Part shown: positions 22,880 to 34,394 of the stretch, one piece after another
Layout of the letters: the number at the start of each line of letters is the position of its first letter
Numbering within the stretch: position 1 is the first letter of the stretch
From: Selaginella moellendorffii
Lineage: Eukaryota > Plantae > Lycopodiophyta
Assembly (NCBI RefSeq): GCF_000143415.4
Contig: NW_003314272.1
Location: 1,868,374-1,932,373, forward strand
Length of the DNA stretch: 64,000 nt
Direction: 5' to 3'
The notes under the pieces: generated by a model
What the model saw: the letters and a program-made list of their open reading frames with translations, nothing else
What the model was told of the DNA's origin: nothing
Database searches by the model: none
Translations under genes and position numbers: made by a program

Positions 22880-23790
22880 CCCTCCTTGAGAGCCAGAGAG
22901 CTCGTCTTCATCCTCTTGGACTTGAGCTTGCTAATAAACGCAAGCCCATCTTCACTCACATCGATCCTCTTTCCACCACCACCACAGATTCTCCTAGCTG
23001 ATACAAATCCGACTCGTCAGTGTACGTCCCGAGCTCGTCCACCATGTTATCGTCATTTGCCTTTGGGTTTTGTCCACTCTCACACACCGCTTCCAGATCC
23101 AGCAAGAACCACGACCCGGTGGCATGATCGTAGGCAACGTTGGCCCATCTCACATCGTAATGAACCAGCCCTGTATGTTATGATCGGCCATGCAACACCC
23201 TCAAAGAGAATTTGATTCTTACCTTCGTTCTGGAGGAGCTCGAGTGCTCTGCAAATGGAGTAAGCCACGGACTTGAACTCGTGTTCATTCCTCGGGAGAG
23301 GATACACATCGACGTAATACTTTCTCCGCGGCCCACAAATACTCCCGCCTGTTGCCAGTGTTGATTTTGGAAAGTTGGTAAGCTCTCCACAAAAACTCAG
23401 GCCATGCAACCACGTCCAACGTGGTCGTCTGCTCCGGATATCCATCTTCACTGGACGACGAGGGCATCGACGAGCTTGACGGATCGAGTGAAGCTCGGGC
23501 ATCGGGCTTGGTGAAACGGACTCGGTTCTCGGCCGGACTAAGGTCTTGAGCAAGTCCAGGAACTTGTGGATGGAACTCTTCTTTTCATAAGAGGCGAGGC
23601 ACTGGACCCCACTCTGGCTCCTAAAGAAGAGGCTCCGCAACTCTGTTGCTCCTCGAACTAAGTGCTGGACCAGAGAGTCGCGTCCCAGAACCCAGCCATT
23701 GTTTTGCAGGCTAGAGCGTTCGCAGCCATTTCCTCTGCCCTAGAAATATTAGGTGACGGACTGGTCTATAACGCCCGTCATTCTGGATGA
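22880..23790 (-). pseudogene. Crinkler-type (REase + kinase) gene relic
   Basis: Upstream RP.....LIF.RAEE-like motif (~23730-23770); PRNEHE.KSVAYSICRALELL; DVRWANVAYDHATGSWFLLDLEAV; YTDESDLYQLG. Frameshifted. Confidence 0.6.
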
Positions 23791-24309
23791 TTGCAAATGA
23801 CTTGGAGAACTTTCCACGATTCGAGTGCCGGTGTCATCTTGGCAGCCCAAGCTCAGGTGGCAGCTGAAGAGGAGAACGGGCAGCTGCTGCTGCTGACGAT
23901 CCACGATGTCTTTGTACTCGTGAGATATCTATTTCGCAGGCTGAAACGTCGACACGAGACGGGAGCATCGGAACCTCGAGGTGCTGCAATAATGTCTCAA
24001 GTGAGAAGGCCATCGTGGATTCTGGCGCTGGATCCTGAAGAAAGGACGACCAGAGCAAGGAAGAAAGTGGACAAGCCGAACCTGCTTGTGACCAGGCTGC
24101 TGCTGCCGACATATCTTTCAGAAAGCCGCGCCAGAGGTAAATACGTAATGCCTGTTTTCGAATAGAATGAACGAAGCAGCTTGTCATCCTTCAACCGCCC
24201 AGTACTCTGGAACCGTTGCCACCTTGAGGAAAGCTCGTCTTGTACATGTTGGGCAGCAAAACGAAGTGGGAGTCGTCGTTGGGCTATGACCTCGGGAGCT
24301 CGGATATGC

Positions 24310-24610
24310 AAATGAAGGTGACATCGTTTGGCTCAATCCCCTCCAGGATCATGTTCTTGAAGATCTCGAGGGCTTCCTCGCGGCCATGCTGAGAGTAGGT
24401 TCCTCCTCCGGGGGCATGGAATGGGAGACCGATCGCGCGCTGGCGATGTCGCCGCAGCGCCCATACATGTGGATCATGAAGTGGTCCCAATCGAGGAGAT
24501 CTCGTCGTGGAGGCGCCGGGCCTGGGGCAGGGACCTATAAATCCTGCAGTCGCGGAGCTTGGCCGTGTAAATTTGCTTGGTTTGGATGGCCCTGGTGCAT
24601 GGAGACGCTG
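24310..24610 (-). pseudogene. Internally deleted copy of the 5' end of the PPR gene at 19926-21644
   Basis: cgcgcgctggcgatgtcgccgcagcg.ccatacatgtggatca and gcagtcgcggagcttggccgtgta.atttgcttggttt match 21361-21532. Confidence 0.85.
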
Positions 24611-25849
24611 CCAAGGGAAGAATCTGACAAATTTCATTACTTATACCTTGTTGTTTTATGTGCTTCCATTGATCTTGTGAACAAGGAGAAGAAAACATTA
24701 ATATTATGAAAGACTGTATCAGGATAAGAAATGTTTTCAGCAAGGCCAGTCACTTAGAATGGTGTTTGACAAGATCATTGTGGAGAACAGTCAATAGAAA
24801 AAACTCCATTGATTGACCTGCATTGCTGGGTATATGTGAATCTATCCACAAAAAAGACACCATCCATAGTTTTTGTACATTTCTACAAGCAAGCTTGCAA
24901 TAAAAGGGTAATTTTCAAGTTTGAAATTGAGAGACAATTCAATCTGAGCAATGAAATTGATTGAATTAAAATTAAGAAATTTTACAAAATATTATAGAAT
25001 ATACTTGAATAGGAATATTATTATTATAGTTAATAATTTTCTGCCAATGCTTGGTTTACTTTTTTTGTACTTGTTTTTAACTTTGTTATTTGTTTTTTTA
25101 TTATTTTTTTCCATGAGTTCTTATATTCTTTTGAATTGTAATAAATATTAAAGCTATTCACATGGTTTTTTATACATATGTATTTCAATAATGATACTTA
25201 GGAATCTTAAAGTTAACAATAGCCCTAAGTATAACAAAAAAAATAACATATATCAAGAATTCTTATTTAAAAATTAAAATTGTAATAAGAACACTAAAAA
25301 TAATAAAATAAAATTTTGACTGCAATATCAATTCATCTAGTGTTACTTTTCAAATTCGTTTTTATAACAAAAGGTCTTTTATTATTTTCTCTGTATTGAT
25401 TGATACATACTCAAGTTTATCCTCTATTGCTCAGGCTATTGCTACATATTACCGTCTATAGTTGTATCGTATGGTAGAGTTAATCTTTCAATAGTTGTAT
25501 ACATGCACGTGCATGGGATGAGATGGATTTAATTGTGCATATGAGAGATCTTAAGCTTAAGTTTCAAATGTTACGGGTGGTGCCAAATTAAACTTTTGAC
25601 CTCATCCTTGGTATAACAATTATGCCAAATATAACTTTAAAGGCTTCTCTCTCTTGTTTCATACTTTCTTATATTTCTTTCATTTTTTTTTATATTTTTT
25701 CATTTTCATTTCTTCACTTTTACCTTTATTTCCATCACTTTTTGTTTCCCCAATACTTCCTACTATAGTTCTTTATTCCCTTTCTATATCCCTTTGATTG
25801 TCTTGGTGTCACAATGGTGGACTGACTCAAGGAGTATGCTAATCTTTTA

Positions 25850-28050
25850 CTTTTTCTTATCATCTAAAGTTAAAATTACAATATGTCATTTTATTCCAAT
25901 TGGGAATACTTGTTCAATCAAGGTTCTTGTTTGGCAAAAGAGATTAAGATTTTACATATAAACGTTAAGGAGATGTTAGAGAAGGGTGTTATTTGAAAGT
26001 TTTAGAATCCTTAGGTATGTGAACTTCATTTTGTGACGAAATTTGATTGAAGGCATTTGTTTAAACATTATTTAAAGGCATTTGATTGAGGGCACTTGTT
26101 TAATAGATGATAGTTAATGTAGAAGTACTTTTATATTGATTATCATCCATTAAACAAGGTGACTATCCCAAATAAATACTTTCTTCCTCACATGGTTAAT
26201 ATTTTAGATCATTTGGGGAGAAGTTGTTAGTTCACTAAGTTAAATTTTACTTTTAGGTACTGGTAAATATTGATGGTCAAGAAAAATGTTCCCAAAATTG
26301 TTTTTTATACATTATTTAGTTTATATGAGTTCTTGGTGATGCTGTTCGATCTAAACAATCCTTTATCAACTTTCTAGCAAATGATGGACAAAGTTCTTTA
26401 TAATATGTCAAAAATGACTTCTAACTTTATCGATGATGTTTTGATCTACTCAGAAGGGATGTAGGAAAAGCACATCTATGATATTTAAAAAATGTTGAAT
26501 CATTTGTGGGAAGTTGGTTTAAAGTTGAAGTAGTTGAAGTGTATGTTTAGGTCCAAAAACATGATTTATCTTGGGTATCGTATTTCTTGTGAGGGTTTGT
26601 AAGTTGATCTTGGTCATTCAAAAGTTCCCTATTCCGAAGTGTATAACATTTTCTAGGTAAGGTGCAATATCTCGGTTGTTTTATTAATCATCTTTCAAAT
26701 TTTACTATACCATTGCGAACATTGTTAAAGTAGTTAACATTGTTTTTTATTTGATTTATAGATTATGATCTTGACTATAATCAACCTTTCATTTTGCATG
26801 TGAATGTTTTTGATATTGGTTTTAGAGGTGTGTTGATGCAAGAAAGCCTGAATGTGTCTGGTTAGTGCCATCCTATCACATATATTAACCATACATTACA
26901 AATAGTAAAGGTGAACTACTCCATAATAAAAAAAGAGTGTTTAACAATAGTTTAGGGTTTTGAGAAGCTTCATGTATTTATATGGTTCTTAGATATTACT
27001 AAAGCTGATCATGAGTTAGACTTGAAACTTTTATAATATCAAATATAAGCTTTTTAATTTAAATTTCCCAAAAGATCACCCAACCCAATACTATTCAAAC
27101 CCAAAAACACTTAACCTTAAGTATCCTAAGACTCTTAACAAATTGAAAAATAAAGTGCATTTTTGTTCATGAGCTTTTTTCTTTTATATTTAAACCTTTA
27201 TGGATTGTTTTTTGAATTGTTCCCTTTGGTTACTTATAATAATTTGTCATTTTGGCATTTATATTCTTAATATTGCCAAGATGACCTTTTTTATTTTGTT
27301 GAGACTAATTCTGATGATATTTATGGATGTTGGTGCTCTCAATATTTATGCATTACTTTCTATATGACTCTCTTACTCTAGGTGGGCATATAGAATATCG
27401 ATATATGATTGAAAAACCATGCAAGTCTTTTTATTGGCAAAAGATGTAACATGATGTTATTCTGTATGTGTAGTTGTGTTTGGTGCCAAGCTAGTTTGCT
27501 CCTCCTCGTGCTATGGAATATTAGTTGGAGTGAATTGTAATTTCATGTCCATTTAAGTTAATGGCATTTGATTTAATGAGGCATATTCCATAGTTGACTA
27601 TTAATAATGAATATGTTATTATTGCCTCTAACTACTTAATTTGTTGGGTTGAAATTAGTGCTTTTACTAGTGCATCACCCACTATTGTTGGTTCTTCTTC
27701 CTCAATTGAGTAAAGAGCCCCTTAAATAAATCATATACTGTAAAATTGGGAAAACAAATTATAACATTAAGTCATCCATTTTGTACTTGTAGGTGGACAA
27801 TAATGGGAGTTAAAACACTGTTGTTATCCCATTTATATACGGCTCAAATGTTCAATAAACTTTACTCAAATAAGTGAAAGAATGCTTGCTAAATATTGAT
27901 CCCATGACATAACATCTACAATTTGTAGTAATTATGAAAGTAAATTTAACTCGTTGGTAATATCGGATTATGATCATATATAGAAATTTATATGGTAAAA
28001 GACCAATAAAACTTTGCACTCCTATGATATATACATACTGAAGAGATGAC
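25850..28050 (+). mobile_element. Highly degenerate Ty3/gypsy retrotransposon pol (RT connection, RNase H, integrase) inside a ~4.3-kb AT-rich block
   Basis: FLGKVQYLGCFINHLSNFTIPLRTLLK (~26650); DYNQPFILHVNVFDIGFRGVLMQ (26773); HPITYINHTL...NYSIIKKECLTIV*GFEK (26869); PFKLMAFDLM...NEYVIIASNYLICWVE (27549). Confidence 0.8.
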
Positions 28051-29267
28051 AAATAACTATAGTAATATAAATACTAAAAGCTCACGTACTTTACAATTAT
28101 TCTTTTGAAAGTCTGAATAACTTATTCCACCAAGTTATTTATTTATGGATGATAAACACTCATGAAAGTGTGGCATATCCCCAATAGAAACATTAAAAAC
28201 ATAAAATGTTTTAGCCATAAATGCGAGCCCATTATATAATAGAATCTGCTTTAAACAATAACTCTATCCAAATGTTATGTTATTTACACAATATAAGGCA
28301 TTTACTCTATCAAAATTTAAAAGCCATTTCCAACTTTTGGCATATTAAATATCTATTATTTTAAATTTTATTATAGCTGATATTTATTATTATATGACTA
28401 TAATACATTAAATATAGCTATAATAATAATAATATTACTAATTTTTCTAAAAATATTAAATCTTCTTATTTGTAAATTTTATATGTTAAATATTTTAAAT
28501 ATTAAATTATATATTAATAAATATAAATTTGCAATACCTATAAAAATACTAATAAAAATTGACCAAAATTTAAAAAATTATAAATAAAGAGTTTCAATTA
28601 TCATAGCTTACTATTATTATTTATATCTATTTTTTAAAATTTGATTTAAGTTGATTTTATATGAAATTAAGATATATTATAAGGTAACTAGGATCTTTTT
28701 AACACTTGTAGCATGTAAAATATTACCTATTTGTGTCAATCTGGAAGTGTTAATGATCATATAACACTAAATATTATGTCATGTAGGCCATGACAAACAT
28801 CTACTTTATCAAAATATAAAAGGCATCCTTAACAAATTTGTCTTTAATATAAATATGTAAAGTTTTTTTTAGTAGGAAAAATATATAAAATAATTCTTAT
28901 GTTAATGTAAAAGATAGTTTTAACACACTTATAAAATAAATATTTTTTCCTTTTGTAAATATTTATATATATAAATATCTTTTTCTCTTTTGTTTTCTTT
29001 CTTTACATATGTTATAATCTTTGAATGCTACTTAGAAACTCTTTAGTAACAATTAAAATTTAAAGCAATTACATGTTATAATGGTATGCAAAAGTAATTA
29101 AAAAAGGTATAAAATAACATTTTTATTGCTTTATGAACTTGTTAACATTTTTTAAGAATAAACTAGTTCTAAATTTTATTTTATTCTAAGTAATTAATTT
29201 TCATAAATAAAATTCTATAAATTTTTATCCTTTGCATTCTAAAAACATCCAATGATGAATTCAAAGG

Positions 29268-30030
29268 CCAACCGTGAGAACCATTCCAAGTCCAAAAACT
29301 ATAAATATTCACTCACTGAAGAGAGAGATTTTCTGGAGCTACATTTCTATCCTCGAAATAATCACAAAACCATGAGAAGCAATCCAATTCCAAAGATAGT
29401 ACTCACTGGAGAGGGGGATCTTTTAGAGCCAGAGTTTTATACTTGGGATAACCACAGAGAGCCTGTTTCGATGTGACAATGAGATATTTCCTCTCCCCTC
29501 TGAGCTGACACACAAACACTTTAACAATCAGCTATGCAAGTTTTAGAACAAACATACTTCATAGAGCTCCTTGTCAAATTGTATTTCATACAGCCTTGTC
29601 TACGAGAACAGGCATATGAACCATCCCGTAGCCACGATCTTGCAAAAACTTTAAGCTAAACCGAATGAATGCCATGTTTAGAGCCATGATTGCCTGCCAC
29701 TACAGCACCTAGAACCAAAGCTTAAACGTCAGCTCGAAGCTCGAAATTGCCACCCAGCAGATAAATTCCACAAACTTACCCATCTCAACATCAACTGCAG
29801 AGAGCTTTTTACACAAACTAACATGGTCCTCTTGATCTTGTTGAGGAACACCCCATTCCCTGACAACCATCCGCAAATGTTACAAGACATATCAATACAG
29901 TGAGCATTTGGACTTTGTGGAGGGAATTCTTGCAGATTCCAACTTTAGTTTTTTAGCTAGGAATATCTACAGCCGATTCAGGCCTGAACTGCGATTTCTT
30001 GACAACCTCTGGCTACGTTAAAGAATATCC
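29268..30030 (-). pseudogene. Unprocessed pseudogene fragment of the seryl-tRNA synthetase gene (introns retained, internal tandem duplication and deletions)
   Basis: cagctatgcaagtt...aacaaacatacttcatagagctcct matches 35199-35241. ctcaacatcaac.gca..gagctttttacaca matches ~35491-35523. ccgattcagg...ctgcgatt.cttgacaa matches exon 1 (36043-36084). Confidence 0.85.
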
Positions 30031-30145
30031 TTTGCTATATAAGATAATCTTTCTTCACGGAGAGATTCCTTGCTTTGAAAGCGCATATGCCATCCTAGAA
30101 AACTGGAGAGCTTGCTAGACAACGAAGAAACAAAAGAGAGAGGAG

Positions 30146-31584
30146 ATGCTGGATGATCTGCTCACTACTCCAGAACGCGATTACCTCCTCGCGAGCAATG
30201 GAGACAAGGTAGGAAACTCCACTTCCTTCCCCGATCGATCAACGCTCTCGTTTTTTTCATAGATTCCAGTAGCTCGACTGAGAGGAAGATCGGTGCTCCT
30301 CCTCTTCGCGACCTCGTCGATCGATTCCCCATTCCGCGACCAGTGCAGGAAGATCTTGGACTCGCTCACCGCCGCTTACAACTCGCGAGAATTCGAGGTG
30401 GTGTTCGTCTCCTGTGACACCAATCTCGATGGCTTCCAGGAGAACTTCCAGCGAATGCCGTGGCTGGCTGTTCCTTACGAGGACGTCGATGCCAGGAACA
30501 GGATCGTCCGAGAGTGTGGCGCTGTGAACCTCCCAAAGCTTGTGCTCTTCGATCGCCAGGGGAGGCTCTGTGACGATGATGCTGGCGAGAAGTTCCTGGA
30601 TCAAGGATTTGGAGCTTTCAAGGATCGCAAATTCCTGCCCGGCTCTACAAATCTGCTGAGCAAGCGCGAGATCCACCAAGAAGTAAGCAATCGATAGATC
30701 GAGAGCGATAGACGATGCTTACCTGGATCGCTATCTCTCAGGTGAAATTCAGTGAGATCACCCAGAAGCTCATCGGCTTCTACTTCTCCGCTCACTCCAG
30801 CCGCCAAGCGCAGAGCTTCACCCCCAAGCTCGCTGCCGCCTACAAGGAGCTCAAGGACGACCTGGAGATCATCTTCGTCTCCAGCGATCCCGATCCAGAG
30901 TCCTTCGCCGCGTCCTTCCGATCGATGCCCTGGCCAGCGCTGCCATTCGCCGATGCCGCCTCGAGGACCGCCCTGACCGATCGCCTGAACCACCTCCGCA
31001 AGATCCCGCGGCTCGTCATCGTGGAGGCCTCGTCCGGAAGAACGATCACCGCCCAGGGCTGCTGGATTATCTCCCACTTTGGATCGCAGGCCTTCCCCTT
31101 CACGGATTCCCACATCGCGGCGCTCCTGCGCGATTCGGTCGAGGGAAAAGCTCCCAAGGTTCTCGGAGGAGGAGAATGCGGTAGCCATGGCGCCCACATC
31201 TGGATCGTNNNNNNNNNNNNNNNNNNNNNNNNNNNNNNNNNNNNNNNNNNNNNNNNNNNNNNNNNNNNNNNNNNNNNNNNNNNNNNNNNNNNNNNNNNNN
31301 NNNNNNNNNNNNNNNNNNNNNNNNNNNNNNNNNNNNNNNNNNNNNNNNNNNNNNNNNNNNNNNNNNNNNNNNNNNNNNNNNNNNNNNNNNNNNNNNNNNN
31401 NNNNNNNNNNNNNNNNNNNNNNNNNNNNNNNNNNNNNNNNNNNNNNNNNNNNNNNNNNNNNNNNNNNNNNNNNNNNNNNNNNNNNNNNNNGAAGCGGACC
31501 GTGATCACGAGCGCCATGGCCGGGCTGATCACCGTGGCGGTGGGCGTGTGTTCCTTCTTGTATAGCAAGCTGGGCAAGGGTTAG
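30146..31584 (+). CDS. Nucleoredoxin-like protein: two thioredoxin-fold domains lacking CxxC, spans the assembly gap, probable C-terminal transmembrane tail
   Basis: ERDYLLASNGDK|IPV..L.GR.VLLLFA; FEVVFVSCD..F...F..MPWLAVPY; IGFYFSAH; LEIIFVSSD; MPWPALPF; AFPFT. Introns ~30209-30262 and ~30682-30742. Linkage of the 3' end across the gap is inferred. Confidence 0.75.
31209..31490. other. Assembly gap (282 N)
   Basis: Run of n. Confidence 1.
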
Positions 31585-31605
31585 GGTTCTTATTTTAGGG
31601 TTTCT

Positions 31606-32402
31606 ATGTCGATGAATGAATCCATGCTCCACGACAAGAGGTGGGGATTGACCGATCGCTGCCCAGCCTTACATCCGTCTCTTTTGCAGCGTCGAGGAGC
31701 TCCGGAAGCTCTTGTCGGATAAAGATGCCTACGAGAATTACCTCCATTCGATCGAGGAGGTGAAGCAATTGGACAGTGACACGGTATAGCATGGTTTGCG
31801 ATCTATCCTTTCTTCTTGTCTGGATTCTTATCTGGGAATTTTGGCAGCTCCGGAACGATTTGAAGAAGAGCAATGTGACCCTTGCAAGTGAGTGATTGTT
31901 TTGTTCTTCTCCGTTGGACAAAAAATTCTTTTCTTTGCTTCACAGGACACAATTTGGGGAAGGAATCCGAGATGGCTGAGCTTAGAAATCAGGTATGCTT
32001 CTTTCTTTCGTGGAAAGATCTGTTTTTTTTTTAAAAAACTTTTTTATAACTTTGTCAGTGTGCAGTGTATGATCATCAGAACGACCGAGTTGGCCACGGC
32101 ACAGGAGAAGTTTTTAGACGCTCAAAGGCGAGAGAAAGAGATATTGGCAAGGAGCTCGCCAGCATCAATTCTAAACAAGCTTCAAGGTAGAGAGAGAACT
32201 TATTTAGTTTTACTTCTTAGCTCACCTGGGGTATTCGTTCATTCCAGAGGCGGCCAATGCGGCAGACGACGAATCTGAGAGTTTGCATCGCAATTTACTG
32301 AGTGGCGAGCTTGAGGTCCCGGGGTTTCTCCAAAAGTATAGGCAGCAAAGGGTTCTCTATCACAGAAGAACATTGCTTCGCTTGGCCGCTCTGGCTTGTT
32401 AA
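31606..32402 (+). CDS. VPS37: ESCRT-I subunit VPS37 (Mod_r domain), 5 short exons
   Basis: Spliced MSMNESMLHDKS|VEELRKLLSDKDAY...ELRNQ|CMIIRTTELATAQEK...ESESLHRNLLSGELEV..FLQKY....LYHRRTL.RLAA. Confidence 0.85.
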
Positions 32403-33359
32403 TCAGATCGAAAACATTATACGTGAACCAAAGCATAGAATGTGTCGAAGATATATGTCTGTATGATTTCCAATGCTCCTTTCACATAGAACGCTAAAAA
32501 GAGACCATAGAACAGCTTCTAGCAAAAAATACATTAATTCAGCTGATTAACTTTCTATAATAACACCAATTCAAAGTTGTAAAACTAGTAGATTAAATAA
32601 AATAGTTATAGAAATTTCCCAGAAGTGCAGGGAGTTTGTTAAAACTTTTTCTAGCGTTGCTAAGTTGTTCAGCCTACCATCTAGGGTGTCCTAGTGAAAA
32701 TATCCTCATCTTAATTCTAAAGCCTAGATTCAAGCCAAACTTACCACCTCAAAAAAACATTGGTATTTCTTTCCTGAAAGAACAAACTACAGGAAATCAA
32801 GGAAGATCTCTGGTAAACTGCAAAAATCAATATAACTATCAAATGAAGTAAAAGAAGAACTTTTTACATGGCCGAGGTAGCAGTGATCATAGCAATCTCT
32901 ATTAGCCCTTGGTTGCTATGGTCCAGTATTCCCCCACTAGATTCCTGCAAGAAGTGGAGCCATGTTAGTGGCAGGAAGTATAAGTTTACTGCTTGTTTTT
33001 ATTCTAGAGAACATAAGACCACTCACTCACTAGTGCCCATGCCTTGTATCACTAGCATCCTTGTTGCCATGGCACTAACTAGATCCATCTGCCCTCAGCC
33101 CAATCCCATTACAACAAGAATGGAGTTTGCATGTAAAAATTAGACCAGCCAACCTCAAAGCATGCCTCAAATTTAATAACCTTTCAAGAGATATTTAAAC
33201 TTTCATTTTTAAATAAAAATTCTTTTTTAACCTTAAACTTATATTTAAAGATAAAGTTAAACTCTCATTTTGGGGTTTAGTTCTCATTCTAATTCTAGAA
33301 TGGGAAGGTCTAATAAAAAAGGATACTAAACAGTTAAACAAAATCAAATGCCACTTTAG

Positions 33360-33760
33360 TGTATATAAAATGGCTATCTTAATTAAACAAATATTGATGG
33401 TGTCATGGATCTATTTGATGGCATTTATGGATGGAAGCTTGGCAAATCTGCTTTGATGCAATGCCTGAAATGGATTGGTAAGTTGGAATGCAATGCTGGA
33501 TAGCAACTCAGAAATTGGTTTTAGATGACAAGCCATGGATTATTTCAACTCACTCTAGCTTGATCCTAAACAATATTTTGTTTCTGGTTTTTCTATTGCA
33601 TGTAGCAACATCAGACTTCATCAAGCCTGGGAAAAGTTTGTGGTTGAGAGAACATCATTAATAGCCTTTAAAGCAAAGAAACTAATATAAAATATGCCAT
33701 TCTGTTTGGACATAATGATTTAGATATGCTCACTGCTTAAAAGCTATATCAAGATCTGGT
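33360..33760 (+). pseudogene. AT-eroded PPR pseudogene (C-terminal PLS/E region)
   Basis: FDAMPE, VSWNAML, IACSN and AKKLI*NMPF motifs readable across stops and frameshifts. Confidence 0.6.
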
Positions 33761-34042
33761 TAGAGAAAGAGTGGCTGTCAAGAATCTTATACACATTGAT
33801 CCTATGTTTCAAACCTTTTAACTCTCTGTGCTTATAATGAGACATAGTATCCAAAAGTTAGACACATTTGTGTTTTGATGGACTATGAGAAATGATAACT
33901 GATTGTAATTAATTTCTTAAAATTTCATATTCTTATCATGCTTTTATAATAAATTCAAAGCAAGGGTTGATCCAAGAGCATATACAATAGATAACCACAT
34001 CCTACTCCACTTGAACAGGCAATCTGCTCTTAAAAGCAAAAG

Positions 34043-34047
<5 letters not shown>

Positions 34048-34117
<70 letters not shown>

Positions 34118-34150
34118 TATATACATACATACATATGTATGTATGTATAA
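34048..34150. repeat. (TA)n microsatellite followed by TACA/TATG repeats
   Basis: Seen directly. Confidence 0.95.
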
Positions 34151-34394
34151 TGTGTGTTATAAAAATATCCCAACACATCCGCTCAGTTAGTTAAAGTTCC
34201 ACGAGAAGAATTTTGAATCAACTTTATTTTTCATTTTAATATTTTCCTATAAAAACGTTTGTAATTATATCGAGAGAACTTTACCTCTTCCAACATTGCA
34301 AGTTACAGTCTCTATCGCCGATGTAAAACATTGTACTTGAACCTAATGCGCGGGCCTCAAACGTAGAACTTGCACGCGTGAACATTAAGTTCTT

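Noticed and set aside
30601-31632. ORFs spanning the N run
   Set aside because: Their length is an artefact of the gap, and the frame across it is unknown.
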